Shown here piece after piece: positions 57,864 through 64,000 of a DNA stretch of 64,000 nt. A model generated the notes under the pieces. That model was not told where the DNA came from, searched no databases, and saw only the letters and a program-made list of their open reading frames with translations. Numbering within the stretch: the stretch's first letter is position 1; each line of letters begins with the position of its first letter. This stretch comes from the human T2T-CHM13v2.0 reference genome, Homo sapiens: assembly GCF_009914755.1 (NCBI RefSeq), contig NC_060932.1. The stretch is one strand, 5' to 3'. The translations under genes were made by a program, and so were the position numbers.

Positions 57864-60828
57864 ACGACTGCCTGTTTGTTTCTCTTATTAGCTACGTAAT
57901 CTCAGGCAGATTACATTTTCTGTACCTCAATTTCCTCATCTGTAAAACAGGGATGAAAAGATATTTACCTCACAGGGCTGTCATGAAGATTAACGAATAC
58001 AAACAAATTAATCAGGCCAGGTCCTGGCACATGGTCACCTCTCAATAAGTGTAAGTTATCACTGCATAAATCATGAAATATAGAAAATATTTAGTTGTGA
58101 TTTAAAGTGAAACAAGAATTTAAAGTTATTTAAAAGCAAAAGAAGTACATAATCCTTTACATTTAAAAAATATTTTCCATCTTTTGTAGTGTTTGCAGCA
58201 CCTAGTTTGTCATCAATTTTAAAAGCAACTCAGCTTTTTTAAAGCAATCAACTTAGTTTTTATAGAAATAATGCATTTTTAGACTCCTCAACTTCTATGT
58301 ACACTCTCTACTGTGTTCTCTCTCCTACAAGTGATCGGAGAATATATTTACTGTTGGGAAGAGTGGGTTCTCTTTGTCAGCATCCCAAACCACTCTCTCC
58401 CACTTTAAGAAAAAAGGCACCCTTTATCTGTCTTCCTGTGAATTGCCTCAGGAAGGAAAGCCCTCCAGGGTGGCAATCAAGGTGTCAATTAGGAAGATCA
58501 GTGTTGGTGTAGCAAACAGTGAATGACCCTAAGTATCGAATAAAAACAATTCTTTTGCATGTGGTTTCCAATTCTTTGGTTTCAAGAAAATTGAAAGATA
58601 ACCTAGAAATAATATTTGAAGATACAGTACTATGTCATATTTGACATGCTCTTGTGAAACCAGTTCAAATAACTGAATGATACTAATAACAAAACTACAA
58701 AGTTTTCTTCCCATTAAAAAGGGAATAAAATTAAAGCTGAATAGTGTCATTCCAGTAATATATAATATTTATCAAAAGATAAATGAATTTTAAAAGCTCC
58801 TCAATCTCATTAAGTCATGGTTTTAAGACAATTTTATTTTTTGTATTCACTTCTTCATCAGACTTTTAATTAATACATGTTGTGTTGATCAAATATCCAC
58901 TACTAGTAACTGTAAGTATAACTCATACCAGAAAAAAACGTTAAACCGTCAGGATTATATAGTCAAAGGAAATGCAAAGTATTTTAACTGAAATTTACAA
59001 ATGTGTTTTAGAGAAGTATGTGATTGGTAAAAAAACATTGAAATCATAAATAGGATAAAGTTCTGCGGAGAAAGTGAAATGGAAAATGAGTTAAAACAAA
59101 AAGAAACAAGTAAAATTTCTGCCAGTTAAAAAAGAGCTTATTTGTGTATTTTTAAAAATGGATGATGGTGAGAATCAAATCTCTATGGTATTTAGATTCC
59201 ACTGGATAACCTTAAAAGTAATACTATATTTTTTTAGTTAAAATATCAATATTACATCCTTTTCAACTATTTAGACCTAAAATGTAAAAATCTAAGATGT
59301 CAACTTTAAAATGCGAGAGGGTACATGGTTTTCAAAATCCTTGCAGAGGATTCATGAGCAAAAAGTTTGAAGACCACCAATCTAGAACAGCCTGTCAGCT
59401 GTTAATTTTGGGCAACAGAATGGAAAACACTGGTTAATCCAGGGAGCCGACTGATAGATGTTCAACTGTTCCAACATTTCAAATGACCTTTAGCACTATT
59501 AGTTAGTTGTTAATGAGGGAAATGCTATTTGGTGGTGGCTCACACTGATTCTCATCAGCTTTTACACTTTCTAAAACCATTACAAGCCTTTTAGGTGGAA
59601 CTGTATTATATTTACGCAAGTAATGTATACAAAAATGGTGTTGTTTTGAAGATTCTTAGATGGGATTACTTTTTCATAGTATGTCATCATCAATAATTAT
59701 CTGGTGATGCTGGGACTTTTGTGATATTTTTTCTTCTATGCAATTCAAAGTACTTTCTCCATTATATTCAATTAGTCTTTAACAAATTCTGATGAAATAT
59801 GTAGGAGGTAGTTTGACAGAGGTTAAGTGATACTCCTTTAGGGAGTCAAAGATGGTGTCAATAATAAATCAAATAAAACCCATGACTCTTCCTATCTATA
59901 AAAACATTCTGGATGCAGAACAGCAAGGTCATGTTAATAACTCAAAGTTTCTTCTTTAAAGCTCATGCTGGGTTTAAGCTCATCCAACCATATACCTTTT
60001 CTTTAGTTCACTTATGACAAATATATATCTGCGAACTGGCATTTCCCAAGCCCCTGTCTATTTTAATTGTATACACTATTCCTGGCATGTCTTTAACTCT
60101 CGATACTCACGGATGATTCCCCCAAATGTCTCTCCAGTCCAGACCTTCTAAAACTGTACTCCTGCCTGCCATTAATGAAACCTTCACTAAATGGTTGTAG
60201 AAGCCAGAAACTTAGGAGTTGTCAGGCTTCGTTCCCCTTCTTTCCTCCTTATACCCGACTGAACCCAAGTTCTACTGATTTTACTTCAACAAATCCCTAA
60301 AATCCTTCTCCATTCTGATTTTTCACCACCACTGCCTAATTCAGGCACTCATTGTCTCTCTGCCGAGTCCTTCCCCTCAAAACGATAACCCCTTAACTGA
60401 TTTCCCTGCCCTAGTCTCTGCTCCATTCATTCTGCGCCCCACAATGCCGTTCAAGCAGTCTCTTCAGAAGTTAAATAAAATCATGCCATTCCAGGTCTGA
60501 ACAATTTCCAGTGGCTCTCCACTGTTTATCATTTAAAGGCAGATTTCTAAGTGTGGTTTATAAAGTGTTTATGACCTACTCTCTATCTACTTTTAGAGCA
60601 ACACCTCCTACCCCTTCACCAAAGTGCAAATGCTAAATCCTAGGACTTGAAGAATAAGACATAGTGTTTGTGTTACAAAGTGGTAGGGAGACACATACAT
60701 ATCACTATGAAATGTTAGGGCACTTAAATATTTTATTAGAGGTTCCAGCAAAGTACTGTGGTAGGAGGGCAGAAGGAGTATAGTGGGGAAGGCTTTCTGG
60801 AAAAAAGGCCAGTCCTTGAAGGGTTTCC

Positions 60829-61023
60829 TTAGGTTAAATTGTCAGATAAAACCCAGGACTTCCAATTAAATTTTCATCTCAGATAAATAACAAACAAAAT
60901 TTTTGTATAAGTATATCCCATACAATATTGGAACATAAACAATGACCATAGATTTTTAGTTTATGTTAAATTCAATTTTCAGTGGGCCTCCTGTATTTTT
61001 ATTTACTTAATACAGCAGCCCTA
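60829..61023. mobile_element. MER53-like palindromic hAT MITE
   Basis: cagataaaacccaggacttccaattaaatttt...aaattcaattttcagtgggcctcctgtattttt...gcagcccta. Confidence 0.8.
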
Positions 61024-61984
61024 CATCACGTATATGGAATTAAGAACAAGAAGAACATGGACACGAAAACACAAAGATTATGCCAAATTGTCTAATGCAT
61101 TTGGAGTCTCAGATACATAGGGGATGGGGAAAAGAGGAAGTTATGGGAGACGATGCTGGAAAAGTAATGAGGGCCCCAGCAGAGAGGCTTCTGAATGACC
61201 TTGATTTGTCCAAGATGATGATGTCATCCTGCAAACTTAGAGTCAGCAATGAAACAGAGACAATATCCTTCATGAAAAATAGACTGTACATATAAGTTTT
61301 TGTGGACCTAGCTCATGTCTCCCTGGGGGCTTACTGTTAACAATGCTTATATGAATTCTAAACACATCTGGAGCCATACAGAGCTTGCCCTTAAATGGAG
61401 AGAGATGTATTTTCTAAAAATTAAATATATACATTTAAGCAGGAACAGCTTAAAAGTAAAAGAAATTTCTTTTAAAAAGGAAATAGTGAACATTAAATAT
61501 TTTTCTAAACAAATGTCTAATGTAGGTAGTGAGTAACACACATTAAATCTAAGATGAAACAAGCTAATTAATGTCTACAATAGGGAAAGAGTCAATAAAT
61601 TATGGTCTTGTTTATATACCGTGTTGATTTAAATAAGATTTTAAGTCGTATGTTTAGATACAGAGCATATCAAAATATTGGCCATCTGACTTACAGATAT
61701 AAAATTAATAATTATAAAATTAATACATATTTATTAGTTACTTTAACCAGTACAGAACCTCTTACTTTAAAACAAATTATTCAGATTAACAATGATAAAA
61801 ATAAATTTGCAATTTTTTTCTTACTGCATAAATATCAACACATGTGTTTTTTAATCAGTTTGAAATTCAGCTCTGTAAAAGCAAGAATTTACGACATATT
61901 TAGAAATTCCTTTTTTAAAAAATTTAAGCAATGAGGAATATTTTCTATGATTTTTTGAAGGTGTAAAAAGACACTTTTCAGCTA

Positions 61985-62325
61985 CAGGGGAGATTTGAAG
62001 ATGAACTGGACATTGGATATTAATAATGAAGAACTATTTTAATGTTGTGAGGTGTCAGAATAACTGTGGTTAAGTTAAAAATAACATCCTTTTCTGTTGG
62101 AGGTACATACTCAAAAGATTATGGGTGCAATGATATAATGTCTGGGATTTGCTCTTAAAATACTCCACCTTGAAAAAAAGGGTGGAGACAGTAGATGAAA
62201 CAAAGTTGCCAAAATGTTGATAATTACTGAACTGGGATGATGGACATACAGGGAGTTCAATATTGATCCTATTTCAGTGTATGTTTAAAAATTTCCGTAA
62301 CAACAGGTAAAAACAAAACAGGCCT
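61985..62325 (+). mobile_element. Ancient L1M 3' end
   Basis: atataatgtctgggatttgct...gtagatgaaacaaagttgccaaaatgttgataatt...tttaaaaatttccgtaa. Confidence 0.65.
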
Positions 62326-62398
62326 TTTTCATGAGAGAATAATTTCCTTGAAAGTACATCATCTAATGCCTTTACATCTTCCAATTCATGTTAAAAAT

Positions 62399-62445
62399 AC
62401 ACACACACATGCACACACACACACACACACACACAGACACACACA
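62399..62445. repeat. Interrupted (CA)n microsatellite
   Basis: acacacacacatgcacacacacacacacacacacacagacacacaca. Confidence 0.95.
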
Positions 62446-62850
62446 GTTTCCTATAATGGTTAATAAAGCAGTTATGCATCTGTATATTATTAATGATCAC
62501 TCATTTATTGAGTACATTCTATGGACCAGGCACTGTTCTTAAAGATTACCATGTAATAGTCATTTAATGTTTGCAATAATCTTTTGATCTAGGATTGATT
62601 ATTATCCCCATTTTACAGATGGAGAAACTGAGGCCTGGAGCAGCAACACAATTCCATCATAATGATAGTACATATATCTGTGTTGGAATACAAACTTAGG
62701 TTGCCTGACTTTAACCACAACCTATACTGCCAGGTAGAATAGCAAGAGATTAAATAAAGATACTCACAATACATATTATAATGAAAAGAATGTGGGAAAT
62801 CGCACACATTTCTCCCTTGCTATAGCCATGTGGCTCAGGGCCAGACTTAC

Positions 62851-62882
62851 GATCGGCTCAGACCCAGCATCGGTTCAGTCAT
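62851..62882 (-). CDS. ZNF704: Candidate coding part of an alternative first exon of ZNF704: MTEPMLGLSR(S)
   Basis: Minus strand reads TGA TCT ATG ACT GAA CCG ATG CTG GGT CTG AGC CGA TC|gtaagt. The intronic donor hexamer is consensus, and its phase 2 matches the acceptor at 28684. Confidence 0.55.
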
Positions 62883-63039
62883 AGATCAAGTTGTTGTTTT
62901 AAGTGGAAGAGGGGAAAGATTCTGCTCTCAGACAAAGAAGGAGATGCAAAAGAAACAACAGAAGTCTCTTCTCAGTGACAACAGCAGTTCTGCAACTGGT
63001 TTTTGTTTTTGTTTTTTTTTTTCGTTTTTAAAAATAATA

Positions 63040-63440
63040 CAAAATAACCAAAACGCACAGTTTGCTTTTTTTGTGCCTTCTGATGCCTGGTTATATTTTG
63101 CAAGAGTTCGCCTTCGGGTTTTAAATAATTCATCATGCAGTGGCTCTTGTTTGGCGCAGGCAGGCAGGGGGTGGATGGAGCGGGTAACGAGGGAGAGGCG
63201 AGCTTGGAGGACGCACATCATACAAGTGAGGAACTGGCACAGCTGCAGCCTCATGAGACCCCGCCCCGATGAGCTCATCCCTTGGCAGTGCAAATTAGGA
63301 TGACATAATATTTCTGGAGAGCTCCTTCCAGCCCACTGCAGCAGGAGAGCTCTTGCTTTTCCTGAGCATAGGAAAAATTAGCATCGGTATTTCTAGCTGT
63401 TCCTGAGGAAATGGCATTTTATTCAAGGGTGTCGTGGGAA
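63040..63440 (-). promoter_or_regulatory. Candidate internal promoter or enhancer
   Basis: Repeat-free with locally retained CpGs. GC box ccccgcccc at 63259-63267, E-box cagctg at 63240-63245, palindrome atgagctcat at 63269-63278, NFI half-site ttggca at 63282-63287. Confidence 0.5.
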
Positions 63441-64000
63441 ACATAACACATTGCCTGCATTAGTATCAGCTCCTGAGCAAGAGGAAAGCAGAGCTTATCA
63501 GTAAATAAGTCACTGATTGCTGCACTTACCAAACTACAAAGGTAACCAGCATTCTTCAAAAATAGGGTCCAATTACAAGGGCATGAGTTACAGTCTGTGT
63601 GATTCTTCAAAATTTTTTAGCTCAAGAGTATAAAAAACACCACAGCAATAATATTAAATAATATAGTAATCATTATCATTTATTTAGCTCTTGTTTTATG
63701 CTAGAAACTATGCTAAATGTTTTATATATTTTATCTAATTTAATCCAAATTATAACCCTACAAAGTAGTCATTGCCACCTCCACACATATACACACTTTA
63801 CAAATTAGGAAACTGAGGGCCAGAGAGGTAGGGAATTTGCCTCAGGTCAGAGCTGTGGGCCCAAAGCCTGCACTCTTGATTACTATGCTATGTTTCTCTA
63901 CAGGCCACAATACAGCTCTTGTGGATGCATGGCAATGTTTAATAACTCAAAATAAAATGTAGAACTCAAACTTCTTGTTTTGGCCAAGAAACCACAGATG

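Noticed and set aside
62830-63303. 157-aa plus-strand ORF and 121-aa minus-strand ORF as proteins
   Set aside because: No recognisable domain and they run through a T/A tract. Better explained as UTR or promoter sequence; the minus one is at most a uORF.

Overview
Human-like (hominoid) genomic DNA lying entirely inside the ZNF704 gene on the minus strand (from recall, human chr8q21). Four internal coding exons with canonical AG/GT boundaries and compatible phases splice into one continuous frame: 28684-28581, 23035-22803, 6181-6081 (the C2H2 finger) and 660-393. They read (R)[21 protein letters not shown]...[61 protein letters not shown]...HTDHAYQ. The rest is intron filled with Alu, L1, L2, MIR, MaLR/ERVL LTRs and DNA-transposon fossils, and nearly all ORFs in the supplied track are spurious. 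There is no prokaryote-type system, CRISPR array or RNA gene that I can support, and I cannot claim a new biological system. The best observations are: (1) a candidate internal promoter plus alternative first exon at about 63300-62851, whose ATG frame splices in phase onto the 28684 exon to give MTEPMLGLSRS-KSSEELD...; (2) a young L1PA2-like insertion with an apparent 3' transduction of MST LTR sequence between two poly(A) tails; (3) an ancient L1M with twin-priming inversion geometry; (4) inverted Alus closely bracketing the 233-nt exon; (5) a TSD-less Alu/L1/Alu cassette. Repeat subfamily names come from remembered consensus sequences, and their boundaries are approximate.
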